Part shown: positions 1 through 10,426 of the stretch, piece after piece | How positions within the stretch are numbered: position 1 is the stretch's first letter | How the letters are laid out: each line of letters starts with the position of its first letter | Virus record (IMG/VR): IMGVR_UViG_3300012933_000331 | Location: 38,070 to 102,069 of that record | Source: a virus | Lineage: Duplodnaviria; Heunggongvirae; Uroviricota; Caudoviricetes | Length of the DNA stretch: 64,000 bases | Direction: 5' to 3' (one strand) | Notes under the pieces: model-generated | The model's database searches: none | What the model was told of the DNA's origin: nothing | Seen by the model: the letters and a program-made list of their open reading frames with translations, nothing else | Made by a program: the position numbers and the translations under genes

Positions 1-240
1 TGAACACTATAACGTCACCAACTTCTGGTGTATTCTGAATAGTCCAGTTTTCTTTTTCGCGAGCCAGTACTTCACTTACTTGTTGATGATCTTTGGCAGT
101 ACTATATTGCTCAGATAAACTAGGTAATTGAATATCGAATTGATCGGCGTAAACTAGTCGCACTAATCCCCAGCAGTCTAGTCCGGAAGCATCACGGCCA
201 CCGTCTTTATACGGTATGTCGATATATTTATTGTACCACA
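1..240 (-). CDS. Possible partial ORF running off the window start; ATG on minus strand at 240..238. Tail-module protein, unknown function.
   Basis: Same strand and tight packing with the downstream tail genes. Not in the ORF track because it has no stop inside the window. Confidence 0.2.
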
Positions 241-798
241 TTAGAATAATCCTGGAAAATAGAGTGGGCTGAACGAGTGCTTTGGGAAAGGCTCGCGATC
301 ATAGTTAACTGCTGTTAAGTCTGCAGTTACCGTATTAGCATTATAAGAAATATTTGTTATCATCAAGCCACTAAAGCTAGCTTCTACATTATTTGGGTCG
401 CTTGCAAGTACTAGTTCTAGCTTAACAGGAGCAGGCCCTGTTAAACTATTACGAACAAAAGGTATTAAGTACTGTGTTACATCATGCATTGTTAATGAGC
501 AACGCGGAGACTGAGATTCATCTTCATTTGGGAGAGTTATCTCAATAGGTAAGAATGTAAACTCAGTACCAGATGTTAGTCTAACACCATAAAATATTTG
601 ATCATCTGTGGTAGTGCTCAAACGTAATGCTTTAGTTGGATCTTCTGGATCTGGCATAAAGTTATCACATATGCGAAACAATACTTCTGAATGATTGCTA
701 GGATTATAAATAGTTACTAGTATTATTAAGTCGTCTTCTGCTTCTGGCGAAAATACTGCACGTAGTGCAGCAGCTGACATAGTACTTAGTCTACTCAT
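241..798 (-). CDS. Hypothetical tail protein, distal to the tape measure.
   Basis: 185-aa ORF whose stop/start overlaps the next gene. It lies downstream of the tape measure gene in the tail module. Confidence 0.45.
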   Translation of the reverse strand: MSRLSTMSAAALRAVFSPEAEDDLIILVTIYNPSNHSEVLFRICDNFMPDPEDPTKALRLSTTTDDQIFYGVRLTSGTEFTFLPIEITLPNEDESQSPRCSLTMHDVTQYLIPFVRNSLTGPAPVKLELVLASDPNNVEASFSGLMITNISYNANTVTADLTAVNYDREPFPKHSFSPLYFPGLF

Positions 799-1157
799 GG
801 CAATACTTCTAGTTGTAGGCTAAGTGTCCAGTATCCTGGAGCTAAATAGCTTAATGAATACATATCTTCGCCTTTTGAAACTATACGAGCTTCAACGGTT
901 TGTTGAGTGCGAGGGTGCGGGAACCCAAAACGTGCAACACCATGTATTGTGGACTGCACAAAGTCCTCAAAAAGAGAGACTTGTGCAGTGGTTAATATAA
1001 AAGATAGGTTTAAGTTTGAAACGCCTAAACCTTTGTATCTTTGTTTTGCTATTCCAGCATCTGTTTGCGTTCTCACAATACGGGGCCCACCGCTTTCAGT
1101 GAACCCCTTTTGTGGTACTTGTGGAAGACCTGCTGGCCATACGTAGGCATAGGCCAT
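795..1157 (-). CDS. Hypothetical tail protein, distal-tail or Dit-like by position.
   Basis: 120-aa ORF immediately 3' of the tape measure gene with a 4-nt overlap. Confidence 0.45.
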   Translation of the reverse strand: MAYAYVWPAGLPQVPQKGFTESGGPRIVRTQTDAGIAKQRYKGLGVSNLNLSFILTTAQVSLFEDFVQSTIHGVARFGFPHPRTQQTVEARIVSKGEDMYSLSYLAPGYWTLSLQLEVLP

Positions 1158-1160
1158 TTT

Positions 1161-4100
1161 TTATCTCCTAATAAGTTTTGGAGCTATTCCGTAAGTATTA
1201 CGCATAGCACCTTGAGTACTTGAGCCTGGACGAGCCATTTCAGTGCTTGCTGCTTCGCCAATTATGATCTCAACACGGCGGTTACCTTTATCGTCTTTGG
1301 TCTCTCGAGTTTCTGCCTGTGCAGTAGAATAGTTGTTAACAACTACTTCTGTGTTTCCGCCACCACTACCAGCTCGAACACCAAGGTTGCCATTGCTGTC
1401 ACGCTTTAGGGGCATAATAGCTTCTGGGCCGGCCTCACCCATTAGTCCTGTGCCTTTGGCAAACTTAAACATTGTTGGCGAATTTACGATTTGGTTGGTA
1501 AATGCACCACCTTTGGCAAATGCTTGGATACCGTAGTCAAAAGCGCCGCCTTTAGCAAACAAAGGGCTACCACTAGTGCCGGCGTTACTATTAGTGTTTG
1601 ACATACCACTATATCCACCACCTCCACCAAATACTGAAGCAACGGCACTAACTATTCCAGGCCTTACAGCATCATACATTTGCATCATTTGAAGTTTTAG
1701 CTCATATCTGGCTAAATCTGCTAAAAGACTATTAAATAGGTCTTTGCCAGATAGTTTACCTGTTTGTGCCCACTGAACAATAGCATCAGCCATACCACTA
1801 AATGCGTTTTCAAATATATCTGCATAAGCTTTTTGTCGTACGCTTAGCTCACCAAGTATACTTATCTGATCTTTTTGTGCAGCACCTTGTTCTTTGATTT
1901 TTTGAGTAGAATCAGTATAAAACTTTAATGCTGTAGCTCTATCGGTTTCTATCTGGGCACTGCGCTCAGGGGTTACATTTCCAGCAGCTATTTCGCGATT
2001 TAACCCATTAAGTTTAGTTGTGTAGTCTACAAGAGCTTGATTTAGCTGTTGTGCAGTATCAAGTTCGACAGCCTTTAAACTATTGATTTTTGTTTGATCT
2101 TCATACTGCTGTTGAGTAATAGTTCTTTGTGCTAGTTTTGTATCTAGTGAGTTCTGCTCTATTTCTACTGCCTGTTTTCTGGCATCAAAATCTAGATTAG
2201 CTGCTGCCGCATTATCTGATAGCACTTGACTTATTCTATCATAGTCTCTAGCAGTAGTTGCGACTAACAACGCTGACTTGGCTTCGGTTGCTGTAGTTGC
2301 TTCTTGTATGCTGAATCGAGCTTCGGCATTTTTGAGTTGTTGCTCATACATCGGTAAATCGATTTGAGCAGCTTTTAGCGCGTCTTGGCCAGCTTGGGCT
2401 GCATTACCACTAATACCATTAACTCCAGGCTTAGTTACTACGTCAATAACACCTCTTGTAGAAACTAGTGCTTGGCGCTCTGCTATTGTAGCCTGGCGCT
2501 GTCTTTCAGCCTGAGTTACTAAGTTAAACTGTTTATTTATAGTATCTGTTTGTTCTAGAGTTAACCCTTCTTGAGCTAACTGACTGTTTCTCTGGGCTTC
2601 TTTTTCTTTTATATAATCAGCGTCGTTTTTATTGTCTTGTTCAAATAAAGCTAGCTTTCTATCAAGTGCTGCTTTTTGTTCGTTGCTTATTTTATTTATA
2701 TCCAGTACCGCTAGTTGGGACTGCATGCCGGTACGTATCTGCTGCTGATCGAAGAAAGTGCCGCGTAATTCTTGCGGAACATCTTTTTGCGCTATTGTAC
2801 CTCTATAAATCTGCTCTTCGGCTTGAGCTAGTCCCAGCTGTTTAGATATTTCTGCTTTTTTATCTTCTGGCAAAGCGGAATTTTCTAATCTTTGTTCTAA
2901 AGATCTAACTTTATCGCTAGCGCTTGTTATTTTTAGCTGATTTGTAAGGGTATAGATTGCCTGAATTTCTTGCTTACGAATATCAATTGACTTGTTTTCC
3001 AAAGTCATCTGTGCTTGAATAGTTGCTTGTGATTTTGGAAGTGCTGACAATAGGCCCTTTTGTTGATCTATGCCTGCCTGTGCTGAAGCTGTTTTTACTT
3101 TTGCTAAAGCTATTTTAAAAGCATACTCCATAGAGTCAGCAGCAGCTTTCTTTAGAGTATTACCAAGTTCTGCTAAACTCTTTTTATCTGCCTCTAACTT
3201 CACAGAAATTGCATCTCGTTGTAGCGAATCGTAGGCCTGGGTATCTATATCATCCCAATAGCTTGCACCGCTCAAAGACTTAAGTTGCACTTCTGCGTCT
3301 TGAACTGACTTTGATAGTGTCTTGTAATCATCAGCAGCTGCTAAAATTTTAGCGGCCTCTTCTGGAGGGAAGGCGCTTAGCTTGCTTGTGTCTGCTAGTA
3401 TATCATTAAAAGTGGCTACTGCAACTTTTGGGTTTTCAAACGCCTTGGTCATAATATCAGACTGTTTTGCAATTGCGCTCGCATAGTTTGATACTACATC
3501 ATTTGGTTTTAGGGTATTTTCTAAGGCTGTAAATGCTGTGCTTACATTCTTGAAACCATCGCGTATTTGTGCAACGGATGCAGCTACGGCTTGGTTTTTT
3601 ACTCTTAGTTCTTCAGCATCTTTTGTTAGTTGTTTGAACTTTTTAGGGTCTATGTTTTCTAGTGCATCATCTATTGCAAAAAAGTTTAAGTCTTCGATTG
3701 AAAGTAGCTTTTTTAGCTTAGTTTCAAAGTCGCTTTTTAAGCCCGGATCATCTATGGTCTCCAACAGTTTGGTTATATTAGATGCCAAGCCTTTGGCTAC
3801 GTCATCTTGCTGTGATAAACCTACCAAGCTTTTCAAGCTTTCCCATACCATGTCCACAGCACCAGAAGCTTTGTCAAACTCCATGAATTTACCAACTAGC
3901 TTATCCATAGAATCCACCAAGCCAACAGTTGCATTTGCCCTGGCCATTAAGGATTCTGAAGTGAGTACGTTATTAAATTTCTCAAACGTACCTGTGGCTG
4001 TTTTAACTGCTTCATCCGACTGCTCAATGGCTGAGCCTAAAGCTTCTGCCTCTTTACGGTTTGTTGACATAGCTGAATACATTGTAGATAGTACACCCAC

Positions 4101-5768
4101 TACTATACCAACTGTACCGAAAAATCCGGTCAATACACTTGCAGCTCTAGAAACAACGGTGGTGGCTATTGCAGCGGCACCGCCTAATCTTGTCAGTCCG
4201 GCAGATACCCCTGTTAGCTTTTCTTCTTTGATGCCTTTGTTTAACTTTTCCCAAGACTGCGACATTGAACCAACAGAAGCATTTTCTGCTGCTTCAGATA
4301 TTAATGCTGATCTAGACTTAGAGATTCTAGATTTATTTAGCTCGTCTCTGGCGAATCCAGCTGCTGACATTTTGCTAGCACTAGAAATGTTTTTATTTGT
4401 TTGGTTACTGATTTTATCCAGTAATTTTTCGTGTTCTTTCTCAGACTTTATCCAACTATCTAAGGCTATTCTAGCTTCTTTATATGCTGCAGCTAGTTGC
4501 TTGTTGCCTGCTGCTGCTGCCTCTGCTTGTTTTGCTTGTAAATAGCCGCGATCTTCTTTACTAAGTGTTGTGCCTTGTAAGATACTCTGTGCACGCTCAT
4601 CAAAAACACCAGTCATGCCTTTGGACTTTTTTAGTCTTCGTTCAGCTTTTTCAAACGAAGCTAATTTGGCATCGGCTTCAGCTTCTGACATATTAATAAT
4701 GTACTGAAACTGATCTTTTTCAATCTTTTTGATAGCGTCGCTTTTTTGCTGCCACTTTTTTTCAGATTCATCTGCTGATGACGCTAATGCTGACTTATAC
4801 TGTCCTATTGCAGGTATTGCTTGTTTTAGTAACAAACTACCTAACCCTGCTACAACTACGCCAAGTGCTGTGGGACTAGAACTTAGCAAGCTTATTAGCG
4901 GGCCCAAGGCTGTGTTAATAAAACCCAGCATCTTATTTGATAAGTTGGTTAGAGAAGCGGCTAGTTGGTCATAAGGATTTGCATCTATTTTAATACCACC
5001 AAACTTAGCGGTACCTTCTGCAAGTACAGCATTAGCAAATGCTTGGCGCTTTTCAAAATCTGTTAGGCTAGCGGCGGATTTACCTATTCTTTTTGCGTAG
5101 TCGTCTGTGGCTGCCCCAACTTTTGTAAAAATACCTAATTCGTCCAAAAGTTCTGGTTCCAGTTTGGTAATACCTCGAGTAAGACGGCTAACAGCGTCGG
5201 CCATGTCAATACCAAGAGCTTTACTAGCGTTATTTGCTACTTTGCCTAGCTGCTCAAACTGCGATTGACTTAATCCACTAGATACTGCTTTAACAGTTGC
5301 GGAAACTGCGTCCTTTAAACTAATCGCCCCATCAGAGGCTTCTACAAATCGTTTAGCCATACTGCCCAAAGCTATACCGCTGGACACGCCAAGTTGATTC
5401 ATACCTTGAATCATGTTAGTTACGTTTGCAGCATTGCTTAGTGCACTAAACGCAGCGCTAACAGCAAATATGTTAGCTGCCCAAGTAGCGTATAGTCGAA
5501 CTAAGCCACCAAGACCTTGTGCTTGGTTTGCAAAGTCACGACCGCTTGCACCGGTAGCTCCCATGCTTCCACGTGCCTGTCCATAAGATACACTTTCGCT
5601 GGCAGCACTGTAGCTGGATTTTACAGCACCGGCACCAGTACGAGTCCCAGTAGCCAGTTGCTGAGACTTTGTTAATTCTTTGTTTAAATTTTGTACTTCG
5701 CCAGTGCGTTTTTTAATACTACCACTACCGTCTTGTACACTTAAATCTATTTTTACTTGATTGGCCAT
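1161..5768 (-). CDS. Tail tape measure protein.
   Basis: 1535-aa protein rich in Ala, Gln, Lys and Leu with long predicted coiled coils and a Gly-rich C-terminus carrying tandem FAKGGAF repeats. It follows two small chaperone-like ORFs, as is typical for tape measure genes. Confidence 0.8.
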   Translation of the reverse strand: MANQVKIDLSVQDGSGSIKKRTGEVQNLNKELTKSQQLATGTRTGAGAVKSSYSAASESVSYGQARGSMGATGASGRDFANQAQGLGGLVRLYATWAANIFAVSAAFSALSNAANVTNMIQGMNQLGVSSGIALGSMAKRFVEASDGAISLKDAVSATVKAVSSGLSQSQFEQLGKVANNASKALGIDMADAVSRLTRGITKLEPELLDELGIFTKVGAATDDYAKRIGKSAASLTDFEKRQAFANAVLAEGTAKFGGIKIDANPYDQLAASLTNLSNKMLGFINTALGPLISLLSSSPTALGVVVAGLGSLLLKQAIPAIGQYKSALASSADESEKKWQQKSDAIKKIEKDQFQYIINMSEAEADAKLASFEKAERRLKKSKGMTGVFDERAQSILQGTTLSKEDRGYLQAKQAEAAAAGNKQLAAAYKEARIALDSWIKSEKEHEKLLDKISNQTNKNISSASKMSAAGFARDELNKSRISKSRSALISEAAENASVGSMSQSWEKLNKGIKEEKLTGVSAGLTRLGGAAAIATTVVSRAASVLTGFFGTVGIVVGVLSTMYSAMSTNRKEAEALGSAIEQSDEAVKTATGTFEKFNNVLTSESLMARANATVGLVDSMDKLVGKFMEFDKASGAVDMVWESLKSLVGLSQQDDVAKGLASNITKLLETIDDPGLKSDFETKLKKLLSIEDLNFFAIDDALENIDPKKFKQLTKDAEELRVKNQAVAASVAQIRDGFKNVSTAFTALENTLKPNDVVSNYASAIAKQSDIMTKAFENPKVAVATFNDILADTSKLSAFPPEEAAKILAAADDYKTLSKSVQDAEVQLKSLSGASYWDDIDTQAYDSLQRDAISVKLEADKKSLAELGNTLKKAAADSMEYAFKIALAKVKTASAQAGIDQQKGLLSALPKSQATIQAQMTLENKSIDIRKQEIQAIYTLTNQLKITSASDKVRSLEQRLENSALPEDKKAEISKQLGLAQAEEQIYRGTIAQKDVPQELRGTFFDQQQIRTGMQSQLAVLDINKISNEQKAALDRKLALFEQDNKNDADYIKEKEAQRNSQLAQEGLTLEQTDTINKQFNLVTQAERQRQATIAERQALVSTRGVIDVVTKPGVNGISGNAAQAGQDALKAAQIDLPMYEQQLKNAEARFSIQEATTATEAKSALLVATTARDYDRISQVLSDNAAAANLDFDARKQAVEIEQNSLDTKLAQRTITQQQYEDQTKINSLKAVELDTAQQLNQALVDYTTKLNGLNREIAAGNVTPERSAQIETDRATALKFYTDSTQKIKEQGAAQKDQISILGELSVRQKAYADIFENAFSGMADAIVQWAQTGKLSGKDLFNSLLADLARYELKLQMMQMYDAVRPGIVSAVASVFGGGGGYSGMSNTNSNAGTSGSPLFAKGGAFDYGIQAFAKGGAFTNQIVNSPTMFKFAKGTGLMGEAGPEAIMPLKRDSNGNLGVRAGSGGGNTEVVVNNYSTAQAETRETKDDKGNRRVEIIIGEAASTEMARPGSSTQGAMRNTYGIAPKLIRR

Positions 5769-5878
5769 CTATACTCCTTGCTGGATTGGTGGCGAAAAAT
5801 TTTTCGAGTATGTTATACTAGCAATCATTATAACACCGAACCACTCAAATGTCAAACCAAAAAATTTTTAACATAAAA

Positions 5879-5907
5879 AAGCCCGCTAATTTTACTTAGC
5901 GGGCTCT
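5879..5907 (-). terminator. Hairpin (agcccgctaa...ttagcgggct) followed by a T-run on the minus strand.
   Basis: Inverted repeat at the 3' end of the chaperone gene; the reverse complement gives a stem followed by tttttta. Confidence 0.4.
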
Positions 5908-6206
5908 TGTGCTTTTAACTTATTTATTTCATTTGACCGAACATCGTCAATCAAACGTACTAACATAGTAATAAATTTTTTCTCTTGCGGCTCGATTTCT
6001 GCTGCTTCTAGCAGGTCTGCTATACCAATCAAACTTTTGCCTAAATAGTTGCCATTCATCGTGTCCCACTCATCGCGTAACATACGATAAACGCCAAATG
6101 CTTGCTGTACTTCTAGTGGGAAGTCATCAAATTCAACGGGTATATCTGCTTCAACTACCGGTGTGTTCAGCATTTCACACATCTCAAAGTATGTGTCTTT
6201 GGTCAT
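5892..6206 (-). CDS. Tail assembly chaperone, gpT-like by position.
   Basis: 104-aa acidic protein directly upstream of the tape measure gene. Confidence 0.45.
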   Translation of the reverse strand: MTKDTYFEMCEMLNTPVVEADIPVEFDDFPLEVQQAFGVYRMLRDEWDTMNGNYLGKSLIGIADLLEAAEIEPQEKKFITMLVRLIDDVRSNEINKLKAQEPAK

Positions 6207-6247
6207 GTGAACATTACCGTTTTGTATGTAGTTGACTAGTAGTGCAT

Positions 6248-6667
6248 TTACTTCTGTGAGCTGCTCTTGGTGAAGTTTCCCAAGTCCCCAACTTGTTCGC
6301 TGATAAACGCATCAAAGTTTGAAGAGTTTTTCATCAAGTAGAGCGCATTTTCAGCACTGTACTCTAGTTCAGCTTCCATGTCTTGTCCAGTTAAATCTAC
6401 TGGCGCTAGTTGCTCAAGATAAGTCAGTTTTAAACCACTCCAGCCTTTGACGGCATTTTCAACGTAAAGTTGCAAGAATAAATCTTCATTGAATTCTTCT
6501 GCTGGTTGACGGTTTTTAAATGTGGTTTTTGTAGACTTCTTGCGAATGTTTAAAAGCGTTTCACGGCTCAAAAAGGCAATATGCACTACAAAACCTGGCA
6601 TACCAGGGTATTCGACCTCAACGGCTTTTGAGGGTACTAAAAGTGATTTTAGGGATAAAGATGACAT
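6248..6667 (-). CDS. Tail assembly chaperone, gpG-like by position.
   Basis: 139-aa ORF between the major tail gene and the tape measure gene. It is in a different frame from 5892..6206, so the usual G-T arrangement and a frameshift are possible but were not verified. Confidence 0.45.
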   Translation of the reverse strand: MSSLSLKSLLVPSKAVEVEYPGMPGFVVHIAFLSRETLLNIRKKSTKTTFKNRQPAEEFNEDLFLQLYVENAVKGWSGLKLTYLEQLAPVDLTGQDMEAELEYSAENALYLMKNSSNFDAFISEQVGDLGNFTKSSSQK

Positions 6668-6688
6668 TTTATATTTATATTAGTGGAA

Positions 6689-6717
6689 AAAAGCGGTACC
6701 GGGGATCAGTCCGGTAC
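6689..6717 (-). terminator. Intrinsic terminator downstream of the major tail gene.
   Basis: cggtaccgg...ccggtacc hairpin followed by ttttttcc on the minus strand. Confidence 0.5.
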
Positions 6718-6735
6718 CTTGAAAAACTAGCCTAC

Positions 6736-7842
6736 TTAAGCGGCGTAGTATTTAACAGTTAGTTCGTTAGCCTGAGCAATGTCATATCCATCGCTTGCAA
6801 GACCACCAACAGAACCCTGTGCTGTGAAGTTAATGGTTGTGGACACAACCTGCTGAACGTCAACAGTTGGGATTGTCAACATTGTTGTTGGCATTGCTAG
6901 TGCTACTTTGATTGCATTTGAGCTACCACCAATAGCAATTTGTAGGTCAAACTTAGGTTCAACGTTGGTTACGTCGGATAACATAGCTGCTAACAGTTGG
7001 CCTGTGTCTGTGGAAGCACCAGTTTTTAGGTAAGCATTTAAACTACCGCTGATAGCACGTGTGCCTGTGAAGTATGTAGCCGGTTGGTTAACGGTACCCA
7101 GGTTAGCTGGAACCAAGTAAGTAATATTGTTGTTGATTGTAATGCTACCACCAGTTAATGCTACTTGATAAGTAACTCCACCTTTTGCAACAGTAGCTGT
7201 GCTCAGCTTGTTGGCAATATAAGGTGCTGTGGTATTTTTCTGTGTATAGCTACCAGTTAATCCACCACCAAAAGTACCTGCAGCTGCAGTACCGTTTGAG
7301 CTCAATCTGCGTAGGGTTTTACCTTGGCCGGACCAAGCGATTGTTGCAATAGCGTCAATGCCAAAGTCAATGGTTGCTTGAGTTAAAACGCAATCATCAA
7401 TAACATAGGTAACATTGTCCAAGATAATAATCAAACCAAACTTTTGTAGTTGGTGTGCATTGGATGCGTCAAAATCAACTGTAGAGAAGCTTGCACCTGC
7501 TGCCCAGCCGTCACCTGTTACGCTACTTAGTGCACCCCATAGTCCAGACTCTTCAGCCTCAACGTTGGTTGTGCCCATGCGAGGACGCATATAAGTACTC
7601 ATTGAAAAGTCAACTGGATCCAAGCTAGTGTTGAAGCTACGCTGACCACGAACAGGAGCGGAACCTGCTTCGTTAATAGTTACTGTTTCTTGACCAGTAT
7701 TTTGTGAGAATGTAAATCCATCAAGAACCTGAATCTCGAAAGTTTTCGCGCTTTCCAGAGCACCAATATCTACTACGCCTGTTGTTGCGGCAACATCAGT
7801 AGTAAAAAATACTCTACTATTACGGACTAAATTTAATGCCAT
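6736..7842 (-). CDS. Major tail protein (tube).
   Basis: 368 aa, rich in Ser, Thr and Gly and predicted to be beta-rich. It sits between the head-tail joining genes and the chaperones and has its own terminator, consistent with high expression. Confidence 0.5.
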   Translation of the reverse strand: MALNLVRNSRVFFTTDVAATTGVVDIGALESAKTFEIQVLDGFTFSQNTGQETVTINEAGSAPVRGQRSFNTSLDPVDFSMSTYMRPRMGTTNVEAEESGLWGALSSVTGDGWAAGASFSTVDFDASNAHQLQKFGLIIILDNVTYVIDDCVLTQATIDFGIDAIATIAWSGQGKTLRRLSSNGTAAAGTFGGGLTGSYTQKNTTAPYIANKLSTATVAKGGVTYQVALTGGSITINNNITYLVPANLGTVNQPATYFTGTRAISGSLNAYLKTGASTDTGQLLAAMLSDVTNVEPKFDLQIAIGGSSNAIKVALAMPTTMLTIPTVDVQQVVSTTINFTAQGSVGGLASDGYDIAQANELTVKYYAA

Positions 7843-7918
7843 AATCTTTCCTTTTTATATTTTTGCAATCGTGATATCCTACGAGATTTTTATCTGTGTT
7901 GTATCGACTTTTGCGTGG

Positions 7919-8359
7919 TTATATAAGTGCATAACGCACCTGTACGTTTATCTCACCAACACCAAAAGGATTTAGTAGTCCTTCGTCTGTGGTTATTGAC
8001 TGAACCAGAATCTCAGTTGTCTGATGCCCCTGCTCGTCATAAGTTAATACTCTGTTAGCATCTATGCAAGTTTCTAAGTCTGCTAACAGCGCTTCTAACT
8101 GTTCTTGTGCGTTATCTTCTCCACGAACATAAGCTTTTATGGAGATATTTAAAAATCCCCAAGTAAAATCACCAGGAAGATACTCACGCATCTCACTGCC
8201 AGCAGTTGCATAAACACAAGGAAAGTCTTCTACTTCGTCCCAAAATTTTAATTTTGCATAAGAGTTACCAGATAGATTGGTAGCATAAACACCAGTACCG
8301 TCTATGTCTTTGAACTTCTCACACAATGCTTTTACAATCGAGTTTCTTTTACTGCTCAT
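7919..8359 (-). CDS. Tail completion or head-tail joining protein.
   Basis: 146 aa; position in the module. Confidence 0.35.
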   Translation of the reverse strand: MSSKRNSIVKALCEKFKDIDGTGVYATNLSGNSYAKLKFWDEVEDFPCVYATAGSEMREYLPGDFTWGFLNISIKAYVRGEDNAQEQLEALLADLETCIDANRVLTYDEQGHQTTEILVQSITTDEGLLNPFGVGEINVQVRYALI

Positions 8360-9771
8360 AGTGCAACGGCTCTCATTCTGTTAGCAACCTGTTGTTGCGC
8401 GATCTCACGAATTGACTTTGCAATCAACAACTTAGGGTCACGTGAGGCGGGATTGGCTTGCTTGCCGCCCTGTGAGAAAGTTGCGTAAGGGTTTTTCATA
8501 TAACTGTAAAAAGCAGTAATCATGCCCTCTCGCGACTCGCTTAAGCGCTCTACTTTTGCTGAACTAGCTAATCTGCCTGTACGGTAGTTCAGTACATCGC
8601 GACGACCTCCATCACCCATGTTGGCGCTAATCACGTCCTGCAGCTGGCTGTTTATCAGGTTTTGTAAATTTACTACGCTTGGAGCGCTTTGTGCAAGTAA
8701 AGAAGCTGGGTTTAGTTTTAAACTACCAATACTAGAAGCTGGCTTTGGTTTTATATTTAGCGGCTTTTTACCAGTAGTACCTCGCTGTTCCGGGTGCTTT
8801 TTTGGAGGCTTCTTTCTATTTTTATCTGCTGTAAATAAACTAAGTAAAGAATCTCGTATATCCTGGTTAATTGTATTTGACCCAGGAAAATTAGCTGCGT
8901 CACTACATATTAATGCTAGCTCGTACAGTAGCTTATCATATATACGCTTTTCTATTTTTGAAAAGTCGTTATTCTTTTTCTGAGTATGTAGTGTAACTAC
9001 TAAATAACCAGTACCTAAAGCCTTCTGTGCGGCTGTAATCGCCTCTTGAGCAGTATTTTTAAAGTTATAACTAACATCTGCTTGAATAGCGTATAAATCT
9101 TTTAACGCATTATTTGCAATACTAGCTATTTTACCATCACCTATACCCATACTAGTGGCAAACTCAAGTACTCCTTGAATTTTAGATTCTAGTGGGCTTT
9201 GTAGGTTTTCGGTACCTTCTGTAGCTATGTGCCCAATATCAACTTTACTTCGAGTAACCGTTGACTCAGTATAAATGGTTCTTCCGGCCGCAGTTTTCTC
9301 GGCTTTAACCAATGTCTGCGTATAGGCACCAAATCTAGTAGCTTTTAAACTAGGATTATTGGAGATATATTTTGTAACAAAATTTCTTATAGCATCGAAA
9401 TTTTTACCTACTAAAAATATATTATTTCTATCTCCACTATCCACTAAGATAGCTCCAACACTTTTTGCGGAAGTAAATAGCTTCGTAAACTTTTCACTAT
9501 CTATTGCTGCTACTGTCTTTGCTTTAGTAGCACCACGCACTACTTCAATTAACTTATCATAGATAATATTATATGCGGCGAGTTCTTTTGCAGATAGTTT
9601 TGAGCCTCTATATACGTTTACCTTTAGTGCCTCATAGCTTAAATCTAAGATAGTTACTCGATCATCTAAAGACTTTCTATAATCTGTCTCTATAATATCT
9701 AATAGTTTTGGTAGTTTTGAAGATATACGTTCTTTTAAATACTGTAGTCGTTTATCATCAATTTCTGCCAT
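8356..9771 (-). CDS. Structural protein of unknown function with a basic Lys/Pro-rich segment.
   Basis: 471-aa ORF with overlapping start and stop codons, lying within the head-tail gene block. Confidence 0.4.
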   Translation of the reverse strand: MAEIDDKRLQYLKERISSKLPKLLDIIETDYRKSLDDRVTILDLSYEALKVNVYRGSKLSAKELAAYNIIYDKLIEVVRGATKAKTVAAIDSEKFTKLFTSAKSVGAILVDSGDRNNIFLVGKNFDAIRNFVTKYISNNPSLKATRFGAYTQTLVKAEKTAAGRTIYTESTVTRSKVDIGHIATEGTENLQSPLESKIQGVLEFATSMGIGDGKIASIANNALKDLYAIQADVSYNFKNTAQEAITAAQKALGTGYLVVTLHTQKKNNDFSKIEKRIYDKLLYELALICSDAANFPGSNTINQDIRDSLLSLFTADKNRKKPPKKHPEQRGTTGKKPLNIKPKPASSIGSLKLNPASLLAQSAPSVVNLQNLINSQLQDVISANMGDGGRRDVLNYRTGRLASSAKVERLSESREGMITAFYSYMKNPYATFSQGGKQANPASRDPKLLIAKSIREIAQQQVANRMRAVAL

Positions 9772-10346
9772 TATGTATAATCCGCCACGTATTGATCAAG
9801 TACTCGCTTGATGTGTGCTGGAAAATTAGTGTTCATGATATACTCTAGTTGAACACTGCCACCGCCGCCAGGTGTACGATTATTGTGTACCGCACCATCG
9901 TTTTTGCGATAGTAAGTAATTAAGTCCAATACAGCTAGTTTTAAATCTTCTGGTACTGCTTCGTAGCCAGCATAATAAGTTACCTGATATCCATTAATCA
10001 ATTTTGCAAAACCGCCAACGGCTAGTGAGGCTATCGTGTTGTCTTCAGTATCTAGTACCCAATCGGTATATTCTGTTAAATCGGTATAAGTCTTGCCATA
10101 GTCTGTGCTGGTGGCTACACCTAATACTTGTACTACAGGGCATTCTGCTAAAATAATCTTATCAAATCCGCCATTGCTTTTTTGTGTTAGGCTTTCGTCC
10201 GTGTAGTCAACGAATGTGCGACGGCAGTATGTTTTTACCAATTCCGAAACTTTAGGGATCAGCAAGTCAATTTCTGCATCTTGATTGGTGCTAGAGATAC
10301 CTGCATAGGTTTTATACTCTGTTTTTGTTACGAGATTTTTACCCAT
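9771..10346 (-). CDS. Head-tail connector or adaptor protein.
   Basis: 191 aa, immediately downstream of the capsid gene. Confidence 0.4.
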   Translation of the reverse strand: MGKNLVTKTEYKTYAGISSTNQDAEIDLLIPKVSELVKTYCRRTFVDYTDESLTQKSNGGFDKIILAECPVVQVLGVATSTDYGKTYTDLTEYTDWVLDTEDNTIASLAVGGFAKLINGYQVTYYAGYEAVPEDLKLAVLDLITYYRKNDGAVHNNRTPGGGGSVQLEYIMNTNFPAHIKRVLDQYVADYT

Positions 10347-10390
10347 AGTATCCTTTCATGTCTTTTATAAACGCACATAATGCGCTTATA

Positions 10391-10419
10391 AAAGACAAGG
10401 AACCGAAGTTCCTTGTCTT
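10391..10419 (-). terminator. Intrinsic terminator after the capsid gene.
   Basis: aagacaaggaac...gttccttgtctt hairpin followed by ttttataag on the minus strand. Confidence 0.5.
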
Positions 10420-10426
10420 ACTTAGA

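Noticed and set aside
3538-4545. 335-aa plus-strand ORF inside the tape measure gene
   Set aside because: Antisense shadow ORF of the 1535-aa minus-strand gene. It has a low-complexity Ser/Ala/Leu composition, and there is no room for a second gene.
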